The notes below the pieces were generated by a model, which did no database searches, was not told the origin of the DNA, and saw only the letters and a program-made list of their open reading frames with translations. Made by a program: the position numbers and the translations under genes. Shown in pieces: positions 54,472-64,000 of a DNA stretch of 64,000 nt. The stretch is from sequence record PP328843.1, one strand, 5' to 3'. Positions within the stretch are counted from its first letter, which is position 1. Every line of letters begins with the position of its first letter. Origin of the DNA: Escherichia phage 215Ecol030PP.

Positions 54472-54502
54472 TTTTGAATAAATACCCCTAAAAGGAGGGT
54501 CT

Positions 54503-55159
54503 ATGGCAGCACCTAGAATATCATTTTCGCCCTCTGATATTCTATTTGGTGTTCTAGATCGCTTGTTCAAAGATAACGCTACCGGGAAAGTTCTTGCTTC
54601 CCGGGTAGCTGTCGTAATTCTTTTGTTTATGATGGCGATTGTTTGGTATAGGGGAGATAGTTTCTTTGAGTACTATAAGCAATCAAAGTATGAAACATAC
54701 AGTGAAATTATTGAAAAGGAAAGAAATGCACGCTTTGAATCTGTCGCCCTGGAACAACTCCAGATAGTTCACATATCATCTGAGGCAGACTTTAGTGCGG
54801 TGTATTCTTTCCGCCCTAAAAACTTAAACTATTTTGTTGATATTATAGCATATGAAGGAAAATTACCTTCAACAATAAGTGAAAAATCACTTGGAGGATA
54901 TCCTGTTGATAAAACTATGGATGAATATACAGTTCATTTAAATGGACGTCATTATTATTCCGACTCAAAATTTGCTTTTTTACCAACTAAAAAGCCTACT
55001 CCCGAAATAAACTACATGTACAGTTGTCCATATTTTAATTTGGATAATATCTATGCTGGAACGATAACCATGTACTGGTATAGAAATGATCATATAAGTA
55101 ATGACCGCCTTGAATCAATATGTGCTCAGGCGGCCAGAATATTAGGAAGGGCTAAATAA
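54503..55159 (+). CDS. t: Holin T
   Basis: 218 aa; single N-terminal TM segment and large periplasmic domain; recognised as the T4 t holin. Confidence 0.92.
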   Translation: MAAPRISFSPSDILFGVLDRLFKDNATGKVLASRVAVVILLFMMAIVWYRGDSFFEYYKQSKYETYSEIIEKERNARFESVALEQLQIVHISSEADFSAVYSFRPKNLNYFVDIIAYEGKLPSTISEKSLGGYPVDKTMDEYTVHLNGRHYYSDSKFAFLPTKKPTPEINYMYSCPYFNLDNIYAGTITMYWYRNDHISNDRLESICAQAARILGRAK

Positions 55160-55432
55160 TTATTTGTTCGTATACATTTCTAGATATCGATATACACCCT
55201 CAAAACCCTCGTTGAATTCATCGATGAGGGTTTTCTTATCTTCTTGAGTTAATTCAGAAACAATTTTACGAAATGAATTCTGATTTAACTTTCTACCTTC
55301 ATGCGTTACTCCAATCTCATTAAGAAATGCAATAAAATTAGCACGATTCTCAACAATATCTTCTCTGGAAAATTTAATCAAAATAGATGCAACAGTAATA
55401 ATTTCACGAACTGTATCAATGTTTTTATTCAT
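55160..55432 (-). CDS. asiA: AsiA anti-sigma70 factor
   Basis: 90 aa; recognised as T4 AsiA. Confidence 0.92.
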   Translation of the reverse strand: MNKNIDTVREIITVASILIKFSREDIVENRANFIAFLNEIGVTHEGRKLNQNSFRKIVSELTQEDKKTLIDEFNEGFEGVYRYLEMYTNK

Positions 55433-55463
55433 TAACTATACCACTCAATTAGTTGACTTTGTT

Positions 55464-55493
55464 ATAATATCATCAGACGCTTGATTTGTAAAC
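55464..55493 (-). promoter_or_regulatory. T4-type early promoter (GTTTAC, 18 nt, TATTAT) for asiA
   Basis: Minus-strand consensus hexamers about 30 nt upstream of asiA. Confidence 0.55.
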
Positions 55494-55593
55494 TGGTCTG
55501 TGTTATTTTCTTCAAAAATTTTTTCTACGAATTCCTTGAACGACTCGCGTTCCTGAGCTACATTATGCTCGATTACCTTTTCAAGATTATGAC

Positions 55594-55872
55594 TCATTCG
55601 AAATAATCTTCAATTTCGTAATCATGGACATAAATCATTATAGTTTCTAATACATCATCAATACTTTTTCCTGGAGCTGGAATTACGTAAAAATATCCTG
55701 CTTTTGAGAGGTCTTTATAAGTTCCAATCAAGAAATCATTATTCTCAAGATGTAACTCTTCAACTAATTCATTGACAATTGAATGGTATAGGTTTGGTAG
55801 AAACTTATATAGCTTTTCTAGAATATCAATTTTGATTGTGTATTGAACCACGGACTGAGAATCAATAATCAT
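55594..55872 (-). CDS. arn: Arn anti-restriction (McrBC inhibitor) protein
   Basis: 92-aa acidic protein adjacent to asiA as in T4. Confidence 0.7.
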   Translation of the reverse strand: MIIDSQSVVQYTIKIDILEKLYKFLPNLYHSIVNELVEELHLENNDFLIGTYKDLSKAGYFYVIPAPGKSIDDVLETIMIYVHDYEIEDYFE

Positions 55873-55949
55873 AGACCTTCCCCTTATGTTTCTGTTTGCG
55901 ATTAGATTCTTTAAACGCTTTCTTCTTATCCTTATGGACAGAAGCTTTA

Positions 55950-56174
55950 TTAAAATTGTGTTTTGCGACTAAATTGTTCATAGTGCTGAATTACCTCTCT
56001 CAAACACTTGCATGTGAATGAAAACTTTTTAGCTACACCACATTCAAATATATGTTCTCTTAAATCACGTGTGTCAGTATATCCCATCTCAACAATAAAA
56101 TGTCTTATTAGATTTTTATCTTTATCATTGAGAGAATTAAAATAATCGGATTTTGAATTAATTTCCCTGGCCAA
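55950..56174 (-). CDS. Hypothetical protein (arn.1 position)
   Basis: 74-aa ORF. Confidence 0.45.
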   Translation of the reverse strand: MAREINSKSDYFNSLNDKDKNLIRHFIVEMGYTDTRDLREHIFECGVAKKFSFTCKCLREVIQHYEQFSRKTQF

Positions 56175-56454
56175 ATTGAATCACCTTCAGTTGACGTTTT
56201 AGTTCTTTTATCATTTCTTCGTTCATCGCAATATAAAGATCACGTAAAGCAGGTTTTAGCATTCCATTTACCGGAGAACTAAATGGACATACATAATCTT
56301 TTCCTACGAGCTTTTTAGTGAATTCCATATTACAGAACTGAAATGCCGGTTCATTGGCATAAATTCCCCAATTAGTTGACATCATTTTATTGGCATATTC
56401 CAACGCCTGGATTTGATTCTTAATTCCATCAATTTGAAACTTTTTAATATTCAT
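56158..56454 (-). CDS. Hypothetical protein (arn.2 position)
   Basis: 98-aa ORF. Confidence 0.5.
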   Translation of the reverse strand: MNIKKFQIDGIKNQIQALEYANKMMSTNWGIYANEPAFQFCNMEFTKKLVGKDYVCPFSSPVNGMLKPALRDLYIAMNEEMIKELKRQLKVIQFGQGN

Positions 56455-56915
56455 TAGTAAAGGTCCTCAGAGTAAAGTTCTTTTTCACTACCACCGCGTT
56501 CAATACGTACTTGTCCGGCGTAAGTTGCAATAATCATTGCTTCTTCACGTGTCCAGTAATTGCTATACTGATCAATAAACCCTTGGTCATCATCACAAAC
56601 TTGCTGAGTAACTAATTGGGGTTTAACTACATCTAAAACTTCTGCCATATCTTTAGAATAATGACGAGCACCTGGAATAACAAGAGTTCGTCCATCTTTT
56701 AATTTAAAACGATTAGCTGCACAGACAATTCGTCGTTGATACTTTTGGTTTTCATCCCAATACGCAGTCTGCCAACAAATTTCAGGAACTTCTTTCAGAA
56801 TATCTTCTTCTGTGCATTTATAACCATGCGCTTTAAATTTTTCAACAAGACTTTCTGGAGTTTCACGAGATAAAGGAACATTCAGCATTTTTAAACGATT
56901 AATAAATGGGTTCAT
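56454..56915 (-). CDS. Hypothetical protein (arn.3 position)
   Basis: 153-aa ORF. Confidence 0.5.
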   Translation of the reverse strand: MNPFINRLKMLNVPLSRETPESLVEKFKAHGYKCTEEDILKEVPEICWQTAYWDENQKYQRRIVCAANRFKLKDGRTLVIPGARHYSKDMAEVLDVVKPQLVTQQVCDDDQGFIDQYSNYWTREEAMIIATYAGQVRIERGGSEKELYSEDLY

Positions 56916-57241
56916 TTAAACCATCCTTTAATACGTTGCCACAAAGTTTTCTGCTGAGCTTTGTTAACACCAATTGAACGAATAACTGGTTGAGATTCCT
57001 GAAATTCTTTATAATCAGCAAGGTAAATTTCGTAAGCTGCATCCGTAAATGAACTTATCGCTGCCATAAAATTATTGCGAATACCTACTGGAGCATCTTT
57101 ACTTTCACGAATAATCATGTATTTACCAGTCTTAATCTTTACGATAGTTCCAAGATAAGCTCCATGGTACCAGATGTCCCAACCCTCTTGAGTAGGTTCT
57201 ACACAACGACGAAGTTCATTGACAATTTCTAACTTGTTCAT
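56912..57241 (-). CDS. Hypothetical protein (arn.4 position)
   Basis: 109-aa ORF. Confidence 0.5.
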   Translation of the reverse strand: MNKLEIVNELRRCVEPTQEGWDIWYHGAYLGTIVKIKTGKYMIIRESKDAPVGIRNNFMAAISSFTDAAYEIYLADYKEFQESQPVIRSIGVNKAQQKTLWQRIKGWFK

Positions 57242-57251
57242 TATTTATTCC

Positions 57252-57887
57252 TCACAGTTCAGATGCTACAGTGATTACAGCTTCAATGTTTTCTGCCGAG
57301 CGTTTAATGTCAAGATACACATTACCGTTTTTAGCGATTTTACATGACATTCCGATATCAGTAAATTTCTGAATATGATGTTCCATCATTTTGTATCCAA
57401 AAATTCGCATATTTCCATTATTGTTAATTTCAAAATTACGAATTCCGTGAGTGCGTTTTTCTAAAATGGCAAGATAATTACTACGATAAGTTTCAACCTT
57501 TTTAAGAACAAATCCATTTTCATCTAAAAGTTTTAACATGAGGTCTTTATCTTCTTCCATATCAGAAGTAATCTCACGAGCTTTACGAGTTGCTCGTTTT
57601 TTCAGTAGTTCCGGAGCATTTTCCTGCGCGTATAAAGTTGCTGCGTTTGAAATAATATCTTGAGCTTCACCTGTAATGATTAATCCATCACCAGATTTCT
57701 CCACCAGGCCTTTTTTAATCAATACCCCAATATTACTATTAACTACTGCGTTACCTAAATCTGGATGCACCTCACGAACTTCTGCAGCTGTAATGAAATC
57801 TTTCTTAGCAATGGTAATTAAAATCGCAGCAGTTTTTTCATTCAGAACATCGTTAGAAGCTTTGATGATGTAAGTTACTTTAGACAT
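57252..57887 (-). CDS. motA: MotA middle-transcription activator
   Basis: 211 aa; recognised as T4 MotA. Confidence 0.92.
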   Translation of the reverse strand: MSKVTYIIKASNDVLNEKTAAILITIAKKDFITAAEVREVHPDLGNAVVNSNIGVLIKKGLVEKSGDGLIITGEAQDIISNAATLYAQENAPELLKKRATRKAREITSDMEEDKDLMLKLLDENGFVLKKVETYRSNYLAILEKRTHGIRNFEINNNGNMRIFGYKMMEHHIQKFTDIGMSCKIAKNGNVYLDIKRSAENIEAVITVASEL

Positions 57888-57924
57888 TTTAATCTCCGTT
57901 TCAGTTCATTTATTTGATAGGTCT

Positions 57925-57953
57925 ATAGTATCATGTTTAAAGCAGAAGTAAAC
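57925..57953 (-). promoter_or_regulatory. T4-type early promoter (GTTTAC, 17 nt, TACTAT) for motA
   Basis: Minus-strand consensus hexamers about 35 nt upstream of motA. Confidence 0.55.
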
Positions 57954-57992
57954 ACTTTTTTGCACTCTTTTTCAAGAGCTCTAATAAAGTAC

Positions 57993-58220
57993 TTACTTAA
58001 TGTTCAGATTACGAACTTCGATTTCGTCTTCATGGGCAAAATCAAACTGTTTGAATTCTGTGTCACCTTTAAATTTAAAAATCATTGTGAAGAAAGTCAG
58101 AACACCAGGTTTTTCTTCACGAACTCCACAGATATCATATTCAATACCATCTACAACCAGTTTGTTAGCAGTCAGAGCATTTTTAGCTTTAACGATTTCG
58201 TTTTCGATTTTAAATTTCAT
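57993..58220 (-). CDS. Hypothetical protein (motA.1 position)
   Basis: 75-aa ORF. Confidence 0.5.
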   Translation of the reverse strand: MKFKIENEIVKAKNALTANKLVVDGIEYDICGVREEKPGVLTFFTMIFKFKGDTEFKQFDFAHEDEIEVRNLNIK

Positions 58221-58269
58221 TTTTTGTATCTCCGGGTTGTTTGTTTCAGTTCATTTATTTGATAGTTGT

Positions 58270-58299
58270 ATAGTACCACAGTATGCTTTGGTTGTAAAC
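58270..58299 (-). promoter_or_regulatory. T4-type early promoter (GTTTAC, 18 nt, TACTAT)
   Basis: Minus-strand hexamers; member of the repeated promoter cassette family. Confidence 0.5.
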
Positions 58300-58330
58300 C
58301 GTTTTGTGAAAAAATTTTTGAAATAAAAAA

Positions 58331-58350
58331 GGGAGAGCCGAGGCTCTCCC
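58331..58350 (-). terminator. Intrinsic terminator downstream of the gene 52 operon
   Basis: GGGAGAGCC-GA-GGCTCTCCC hairpin followed on the minus strand by TTTTTTATTTC. Confidence 0.55.
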
Positions 58351-58355
58351 TAAAA

Positions 58356-58505
58356 TTACTGCATGACTGTGATAACTGTCATGATAACACGTTGAATTCC
58401 GAACGCAAGAAGACCTCCTGCTACGGCAGGAACAACACCTAAACCCGCCAGTAAAATGCCACCAGATACTAATGCAGCGCTTGTGATACCAATGAATGGA
58501 CTCAT
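58356..58505 (-). CDS. Small hydrophobic protein (49 aa)
   Basis: Manually translated ORF MSPFIGITSAALVSGGILLAGLGVV... overlapping the gene 52 stop (ATGA); below the ORF-track cutoff. Confidence 0.35.
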   Translation of the reverse strand: MSPFIGITSAALVSGGILLAGLGVVPAVAGGLLAFGIQRVIMTVITVMQ

Positions 58506-59830
58506 TTGATTTCCTCTAAATCTTTGGTGTATTCTGTAACTACATCAGTAGTTTTCCAATATTCGTTTTCTTCTTTTTTGGCTTTAGCTTCTTCAGCAAG
58601 TTTCTTTGCTTCGTCGGAAGTCATATGAAAAATATTCATTCCAACTAGTTTATCAACATAAGAAGAATACATCTCAATTTTAGAAAGTTCTTCAGTCAGT
58701 TCTTTACGAGTTTTACCCTGTACAACAATTTCACCTGAAATTACTTTCTTAATGAAATGTGCCTTGGCAAAGGCTAAACGAAATGCTGATTCAGTTTCTT
58801 TAATTTTGTTATCAATTCGTTTTTGGACATAAGTTTTACGAACTTCAACAAAGTCTTTAATTAAATCAACTACGTTATCGTAAACTTGTAGCTTTCCTTT
58901 CTCATTAATGACGGTAATATTCTGAGAACGACGTTCAATCAATCCGAAGTCTTTCATAATTTTTGCATGACGTTCTTCTTCGTTATCGCTCAAAGAGTAT
59001 TCTTTGCGGAATTTAACTTTGAAGCCAAAGCCATGCTCACCACAAGCATCATCCCATGTAATGAAGCCTTTATCTTCAAGCGGGTCTAAGATTTTACTCA
59101 CATAAGTTTCACGATCATACTTATATGGAATCTCAGTGATATGCATTTGAGTTCGTGAAGTAAACTTATATGTTCCACGAATTTCATATTGTCCATCAAT
59201 TTCAACGACTTCACCACGAAATTCTGGGAATTCTACCTTCGGTTTAGTTACTTTCTTTCCTTGAAGAGCTTGCAGTACAGCTTTCTTAACAGAATAAACA
59301 CTATGAGGAAGAATGTAAGTTGCATAACCAGTTGCAATACCGGAAACGCCATTAAGAAGAACAGTAGGAATAATAGGCAAATAGAAAGCAGGCGGAATGT
59401 GTTCTTTATCTTGATGTACTGGAGCATATTCAGTATCTTTATATACGTTATAGAAATTTTTACTTACACGAGCAAAAATATAACGACTTGCTGCTGCCTT
59501 TTGGACAGTACGAGAACCAAAGTTTCCTTGACCGTCTAACAGAGGAAAGTTATTATTCCAAGTGTTAGCCATCAAAGCACCTGCGTCTTGCGCAGAGTTT
59601 TCACCATGATGATATCCAAGGTCCGCTACACCGCCTGCGATAGAAGCGAGTTTGTGAAACTTATCTTTATTTCCTCGTGCCAAATCAAGAGCTCGAGCAA
59701 TAACAAATCGTTGAACTGGCTTAAATCCATCAATCATATTTGGAATGGCACGATTTTCAACCGTGTACATAGCATAAGCCAATGCTTCATTATCAATGAT
59801 ACTTTTTAAATCACGATTATTCAGTTGCAT
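58502..59830 (-). CDS. 52: DNA topoisomerase II medium subunit gp52
   Basis: 442 aa; recognised as T4 gp52 (GyrA-like cleavage domain). Confidence 0.93.
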   Translation of the reverse strand: MQLNNRDLKSIIDNEALAYAMYTVENRAIPNMIDGFKPVQRFVIARALDLARGNKDKFHKLASIAGGVADLGYHHGENSAQDAGALMANTWNNNFPLLDGQGNFGSRTVQKAAASRYIFARVSKNFYNVYKDTEYAPVHQDKEHIPPAFYLPIIPTVLLNGVSGIATGYATYILPHSVYSVKKAVLQALQGKKVTKPKVEFPEFRGEVVEIDGQYEIRGTYKFTSRTQMHITEIPYKYDRETYVSKILDPLEDKGFITWDDACGEHGFGFKVKFRKEYSLSDNEEERHAKIMKDFGLIERRSQNITVINEKGKLQVYDNVVDLIKDFVEVRKTYVQKRIDNKIKETESAFRLAFAKAHFIKKVISGEIVVQGKTRKELTEELSKIEMYSSYVDKLVGMNIFHMTSDEAKKLAEEAKAKKEENEYWKTTDVVTEYTKDLEEIK

Positions 59831-59834
59831 AAAT

Positions 59835-59975
59835 TTACCATACTAGTGAATGTAGTGCCATAATAACATCAGAAATGAAAAGCACGACTTGAATTAATCC
59901 GAACATTATTCCGTAATATAATGCTATCAATAAAATAGCAAGGGCTAATGAATAGCCCAAGATTTTCTTAATCAT
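59835..59975 (-). CDS. Small hydrophobic protein (46 aa)
   Basis: Manually translated ORF MIKKILGYSLALAILLIALYYGIMFGL... directly upstream of gene 52. Confidence 0.35.
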   Translation of the reverse strand: MIKKILGYSLALAILLIALYYGIMFGLIQVVLFISDVIMALHSLVW

Positions 59976-60126
59976 TAGTAGATAACAACACAAATGTTAA
60001 ATATGCACACATACCCTGGGCTAAAGCTTGTGAAAACACACTGCTGGCATCAATACAGATAGTTAAAACACATGCTACTATCCAACAAATAAATGAAATA
60101 ACTCCTAATAATTTTGCGATATTCAT
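59968..60126 (-). CDS. ac: Small membrane protein (52 aa), probably Ac
   Basis: Manually translated ORF MNIAKLLGVISFICWIVACVLTICID... located between stp and 52, where T4 ac lies. Confidence 0.4.
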   Translation of the reverse strand: MNIAKLLGVISFICWIVACVLTICIDASSVFSQALAQGMCAYLTFVLLSTND

Positions 60127-60133
60127 ATTTTCC

Positions 60134-60214
60134 TCACTGGCGTCCGAAGACGCCTTTAGTTTTAAGATTATTACGATAGAACTGCATCACGTGTTCGTTG
60201 TGAAAATTACTCAT
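60134..60214 (-). CDS. stp: Stp peptide (26 aa)
   Basis: Manual translation gives [26 protein letters not shown], identical to the T4 Stp peptide as I recall it; start overlaps the ndd stop. Confidence 0.8.
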
Positions 60215-60672
60215 TAATATGCCTGCAAAACGAATTTAAAGTTATCAGCCAACATACGGTTCATTTCTTCAAGCGTTTGATACTCAGAATGATGGTTACG
60301 AGTAAACGCTAAAGCTAACTGACCCTTTCCAAATCCCGTCGTCAGAGGTTTCATCTTAGAAGAAGGTAGATAAAATACTGTGTATGGAACATTGTTATTT
60401 GCAATAGTACGCGCAAGTTGAGACCGGCGTTGACGAATATGACTTAAAACCGCACTGAATCCTTGCTTAGAACGCTGATTACCTACATAAAATCGTGCAG
60501 ACACACATGGATTACTAAATGGACGACCATCTAATTTACTCACTAAAAAGTAAAATCCAGGTTTAGATAAAATATCTTTATGCGGAGTTCCTAAAAACCA
60601 TTCACCACCCTTGATTGTACCAATAACAGTTGCGCCTGCATTGTTCAGATCAGTAACAGTCATATATTTCAT
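60214..60672 (-). CDS. ndd: Ndd nucleoid disruption protein
   Basis: 151 aa from [16 protein letters not shown]...; recognised as T4 Ndd; the ORF track start is 16 codons further upstream. Confidence 0.88.
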
Positions 60673-60732
60673 ATTAATTTCCTCTAAATTATTTTCTACT
60701 CCAAGGCCGCATGAATACACACGGCCATTAAA

Positions 60733-60948
60733 TTAATCGTCGCAGTCGACGCTCAATTCCCAAAACTCTTCTACGGTATAAGTTTCAGTATCATTTTCAA
60801 TGCAGAAACGTTCATTACTGTTATTTGCTAAAGTAGCGTTAACTGTCGGTTTCTCGCTAGTGCTCTTAAGAGGTGAAATACGCATTAACTGATCACCGTT
60901 ATCTAAACAGAAAATTTCACCAACTTTTACATCTTTAAAAATTTTCAT
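60733..60948 (-). CDS. Hypothetical protein (ndd.1 position)
   Basis: 71-aa ORF. Confidence 0.5.
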   Translation of the reverse strand: MKIFKDVKVGEIFCLDNGDQLMRISPLKSTSEKPTVNATLANNSNERFCIENDTETYTVEEFWELSVDCDD

Positions 60949-61063
60949 AATTCACCTCAAGGAGTATAAAATCCAAACGCAGTTGTTGACCATCCCATCC
61001 AATATGGGAAATTTGCGCCAATGTAAAACATAAGAATATAAAACCAACCGCTCAGCAAATTCA

Positions 61064-61282
61064 TCATTTTACACCATTCCAAATTGTTTCAACCACGGAT
61101 TTTAAACCATTTTGATGAATATCAATTCCGACTACTGTCATCAAATAGATTCCAACTACAACTGAACCTAAGGCAAAAATCAGCATGAAAATGAATAAAG
61201 CCGGAAAAATATTATCGAAAAACCATTCAATAAATGTAAAAGCACTGCGTTTACGCTTCATATTTTCCTCACATAAATCCAA
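61064..61282 (-). CDS. Hypothetical membrane protein
   Basis: 72-aa ORF with a long hydrophobic segment. Confidence 0.45.
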   Translation of the reverse strand: MDLCEENMKRKRSAFTFIEWFFDNIFPALFIFMLIFALGSVVVGIYLMTVVGIDIHQNGLKSVVETIWNGVK

Positions 61283-61517
61283 AGTAAACGTTTAATACAT
61301 CAATCATTAAAACGATTGGGAATATACTCAAAACTACTAGTATTATAACTACATTCCATATAGCTTTAACAATCTTTTTCATTTTCTGTTCCTCCGTAGT
61401 TGATAGGGTAATAATACCACAGAGGAACAGTCTTGTAAACAACTTTTTTAAAAATATTCGTAATAAATGTGAATACCAACTACTACCGCTGAAACCTGTG
61501 CAACCCACCACGCGCAA
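61269..61517 (-). CDS. Hypothetical membrane protein
   Basis: 82-aa ORF with a C-terminal hydrophobic segment. Confidence 0.4.
   Translation of the reverse strand: MRVVGCTGFSGSSWYSHLLRIFLKKLFTRLFLCGIITLSTTEEQKMKKIVKAIWNVVIILVVLSIFPIVLMIDVLNVYFGFM
61412..61441 (-). promoter_or_regulatory. T4-type early promoter (GTTTAC, 18 nt, TATTAT)
   Basis: Minus-strand hexamers; lies inside the 5-prime part of ORF 61269-61517, which makes that ORF's upstream portion doubtful. Confidence 0.45.
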
Positions 61518-61625
61518 GCAATAAGTACAGAATTCATAATTTTCATAATAACCTCATCACAAAAGTAAATGTTAAACAAATTACTGGAATACTAATTAAC
61601 CAAACAAAACACCACCATAATGAAC

Positions 61626-61889
61626 TCATAGTTCAATCTCAATGATTTCCAGGTGTTTTTGTTTTATTGCCTTTTTAACACAATCATGGACTAAATATGA
61701 CCATGAATCATTATATTCTCCATTAACTAATCGTTGGAGATCTTCACGTGATGATAAGTAAGGTTGATCTGATTCCCATTTTGATAAAAATACTGCAGTA
61801 AAAATATCTCCTTCACCTGTCGTTGAAGTCGTAAATGCAATAAATTCACCGGTAATTTTATGTTTAGCGTAATAAAATTTAAATTTCAT
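61626..61889 (-). CDS. Hypothetical protein
   Basis: 87-aa ORF with GGAGGAGTAAAA ATG context. Confidence 0.55.
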   Translation of the reverse strand: MKFKFYYAKHKITGEFIAFTTSTTGEGDIFTAVFLSKWESDQPYLSSREDLQRLVNGEYNDSWSYLVHDCVKKAIKQKHLEIIEIEL

Positions 61890-61916
61890 TTTTACTCCTC
61901 CGTAGCTGATAGTTGT

Positions 61917-61946
61917 ATAGTACCACAGTCCTTGTGGTATGTAAAC
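61917..61946 (-). promoter_or_regulatory. T4-type early promoter (GTTTAC, 18 nt, TACTAT)
   Basis: Minus-strand hexamers upstream of ORF 61626-61889. Confidence 0.5.
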
Positions 61947-61965
61947 TGTTTTGTGAAAAAATTTT

Positions 61966-62523
61966 TTAAATGGAAAGATACCATCCGTTGTAGTTGCTTT
62001 TTCTTACAACCTTACGAAGGTCTTCTCTGTCACCGATGAACTTCGGAGTGTACTGGATGACACCTGGATGAATTTCTTTAGTGTTGAATATAATTATACA
62101 GTCAGCGACTTGATGATTTAGAATGGGCCCTAGATTTATTCCAGAACCATATGGATACTCTCCGCTGCATCCGGTTGTTACCGAAATCCAACGTGAGTCA
62201 GTTTGATGTGTCTTAACTTCTACACGAAGCCCACAGTATTTTGGATGCGCCAAAACATCCCATGCATATGTGTACGGATCATCGACATCTTCTTGACCTT
62301 TGTTAACATACCCGCTCAGCCAATCTGCTACAAAAAATTCTGCGTACACAGCGATACGGCATCTTTCGATAACTTCTGCCTTATCTTGATTTGGGTTTTG
62401 TTTTAAAGAGTATCTTGCTGTATCAGCAATTTTGGCCTTCATTTCACTAGTCAAGTCACTGTTCGATAGGGTAAATGTCGGAATCTGAAATAGTCTCTGT
62501 AACCCAGGATTCGTTTTCTGCAT
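61966..62523 (-). CDS. denB: Putative endonuclease IV (DenB)
   Basis: 185 aa; length and position upstream of ndd and downstream of rIIB match T4 denB; assignment by synteny. Confidence 0.6.
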   Translation of the reverse strand: MQKTNPGLQRLFQIPTFTLSNSDLTSEMKAKIADTARYSLKQNPNQDKAEVIERCRIAVYAEFFVADWLSGYVNKGQEDVDDPYTYAWDVLAHPKYCGLRVEVKTHQTDSRWISVTTGCSGEYPYGSGINLGPILNHQVADCIIIFNTKEIHPGVIQYTPKFIGDREDLRKVVRKSNYNGWYLSI

Positions 62524-62785
62524 TTAGACTTTCCTTTTTACCACTGAGATAAGCGTTATATACTTTAAGAGTGCCGTAATAAATTCGGTCATTTTCATCT
62601 AAAGACTCGCGGTCAAGTTCATCGAGCTCCTTTTTATCCATGACTATAACATCATTACAGTAAAGAAACCCAAGTTTTTCGTGACCAAACTCAAATTTAT
62701 TACAGTACACAATATTAGCGTGATGATTTCCGTGCAGTTTAATCTCTTTTATGTCAGAATCACCGATATTCATACAATAAATCAT
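62456..62785 (-). CDS. Hypothetical protein (denB.1 position)
   Basis: 109-aa ORF. Confidence 0.5.
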   Translation of the reverse strand: MIYCMNIGDSDIKEIKLHGNHHANIVYCNKFEFGHEKLGFLYCNDVIVMDKKELDELDRESLDENDRIYYGTLKVYNAYLSGKKESLNAENESWVTETISDSDIYPIEQ

Positions 62786-62823
62786 AATTTTTCCTTAAAA
62801 CAAAAGGGCCGAAGCCCTTTATT

Positions 62824-63018
62824 TTACTTGAATTGTGCAATTCTTTTCTCTAGACATTCAGCATAAGATTTCATTGAGATAAACTGCGAAAGTAGCAGTT
62901 CTTGCTCAACTGCGCTAACTGTTAGAAACTTTGCGCTTTCTAAAAATTTGCTCAGTGCATTAATTTTGAGCATTAATTGATCGTATTCTTCTTTTACTCG
63001 TGCTTGATAACCTAACAT
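62824..63018 (-). CDS. Hypothetical protein
   Basis: 64-aa ORF flanked by GGGCCGAAGCCC hairpins. Confidence 0.45.
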   Translation of the reverse strand: MLGYQARVKEEYDQLMLKINALSKFLESAKFLTVSAVEQELLLSQFISMKSYAECLEKRIAQFK

Positions 63019-63050
63019 AATTTTCCTTAATGTGATAAGGGCCGAAGCCC

Positions 63051-63989
63051 TTATTTAAATTGTTCAGTAACGTCTTCAACTACTTCGTATTGGCAGGTAC
63101 GCATTTTAGCATCGTTGTAATCAATCGGAATTGATACTACATCACGCGGATGTACTTTAACTTTTACAACTCGACTGGTTGAACTGCCAAAGTGACGAAT
63201 ATAAGATTTAGAACACACATGCAGACCACGAGAACAAGTTTGTGTATCATCGTCATTCACACGAGTACGTGGCATTTTAACTACTTTACCAGGACTGTTA
63301 TCAAAGGTGTTTGAGTGACAGTCAAAGTAGTTGTCACGAACTACTTTCCAAGCATAGAAGTAACCATCTTCGGTGATTTCAATATCGTTTGCTACCAAGA
63401 AATCAAAGAGTCGAGATACCGCTTTTTGGCTTGGGTTTTCCAACAGATTTTCCAAGAACGGAAAATAAAATTCAAAGTTTTCACCTTTTTCCATCGAATC
63501 GAGAATACGATCAACTAAACCAGACCGCAATTCAATATTTTGATAGAACAAGCTTCCACCTTCAATTCGAACATCACCGGAAATATATTTTTCAACAGCG
63601 CGACGAACGTTAATTTTTTGCGCAGCTTCTTCCAGCTTATCCGCTACAAGCAGATTAAGAATTTCCTGGAAGTTTGAATGAGTATTAGGAGTTGCGTTAT
63701 AAGTTACACCGTCAACAGTAATTGAAATGAATTTTTTAGATGCATTCCAAATAATGTCAGATTTAGCAACTGGAGCAATAACTGCATCGCTATTAACTTT
63801 AACTGTAATATCACCGCTAATAGTAACTTTAGAGCGTTTAGCTTCTTCAGCATTTTTCAAAACACGACGAATTGTGTCAACCGATACACCTTGCCAATCA
63901 GCCAATTCCTGTTGGGTGTAATTACCACTTGAATACAATTTAACAATTTCAGCTTGTTCGTTTTTGGTCAGGCATTTAATATTGTACAT
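63051..63989 (-). CDS. rIIB: rIIB membrane-associated lysis-inhibition protein
   Basis: 312 aa; sequence recognised as T4 rIIB. Confidence 0.93.
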   Translation of the reverse strand: MYNIKCLTKNEQAEIVKLYSSGNYTQQELADWQGVSVDTIRRVLKNAEEAKRSKVTISGDITVKVNSDAVIAPVAKSDIIWNASKKFISITVDGVTYNATPNTHSNFQEILNLLVADKLEEAAQKINVRRAVEKYISGDVRIEGGSLFYQNIELRSGLVDRILDSMEKGENFEFYFPFLENLLENPSQKAVSRLFDFLVANDIEITEDGYFYAWKVVRDNYFDCHSNTFDNSPGKVVKMPRTRVNDDDTQTCSRGLHVCSKSYIRHFGSSTSRVVKVKVHPRDVVSIPIDYNDAKMRTCQYEVVEDVTEQFK

Positions 63990-64000
63990 AATTTTCCTTA

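Overview
This 64-kb window is a contiguous segment of a T4-like (T-even, Tequatrovirus-type) myovirus genome, running in T4 gene order from prohead scaffold gene 22 to rIIB. Identifications rest on reading the supplied ORF translations and recalling T4 protein sequences, lengths and gene order; no database search was run. The plus strand carries late structural operons: head genes 22-23-24, uvsW, baseplate genes 51-27-28-29-48-54, and tail fibre genes 34-35-36-37-38 followed by holin t. The minus strand carries early and middle genes: rnlB, hoc, inh, uvsY, 25-26, alt, DNA ligase 30, rIII, 31, cd, pseT, alc, rnlA, denA, nrdB (with a group I intron), nrdA, td (with a group I intron), frd, 32, 59, 33, dsbA, rnh, asiA, arn, motA, 52, ac, stp, ndd, denB and rIIB. 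Many T4-type early promoters (GTTTAC, 17-18 bp spacer, TATTAT/TACTAT), late promoters (TATAAATA) and GC-hairpin terminators are visible. The phage is not T4 itself. The most unusual observations are a perfect 141-bp in-frame tandem duplication inside td exon 1, an ORF-less td intron, an extra ORF inserted between frd and td, a nonsense-interrupted duplicate of the alt N-terminus, a Hoc with an extra Ig-like domain, and a T2-type distal fibre module (gp37 with a C-terminal self-cleaving chaperone domain plus a glycine-rich gp38 adhesin). I did not find a clearly novel multi-gene system; the candidates worth follow-up are single genes or local rearrangements.
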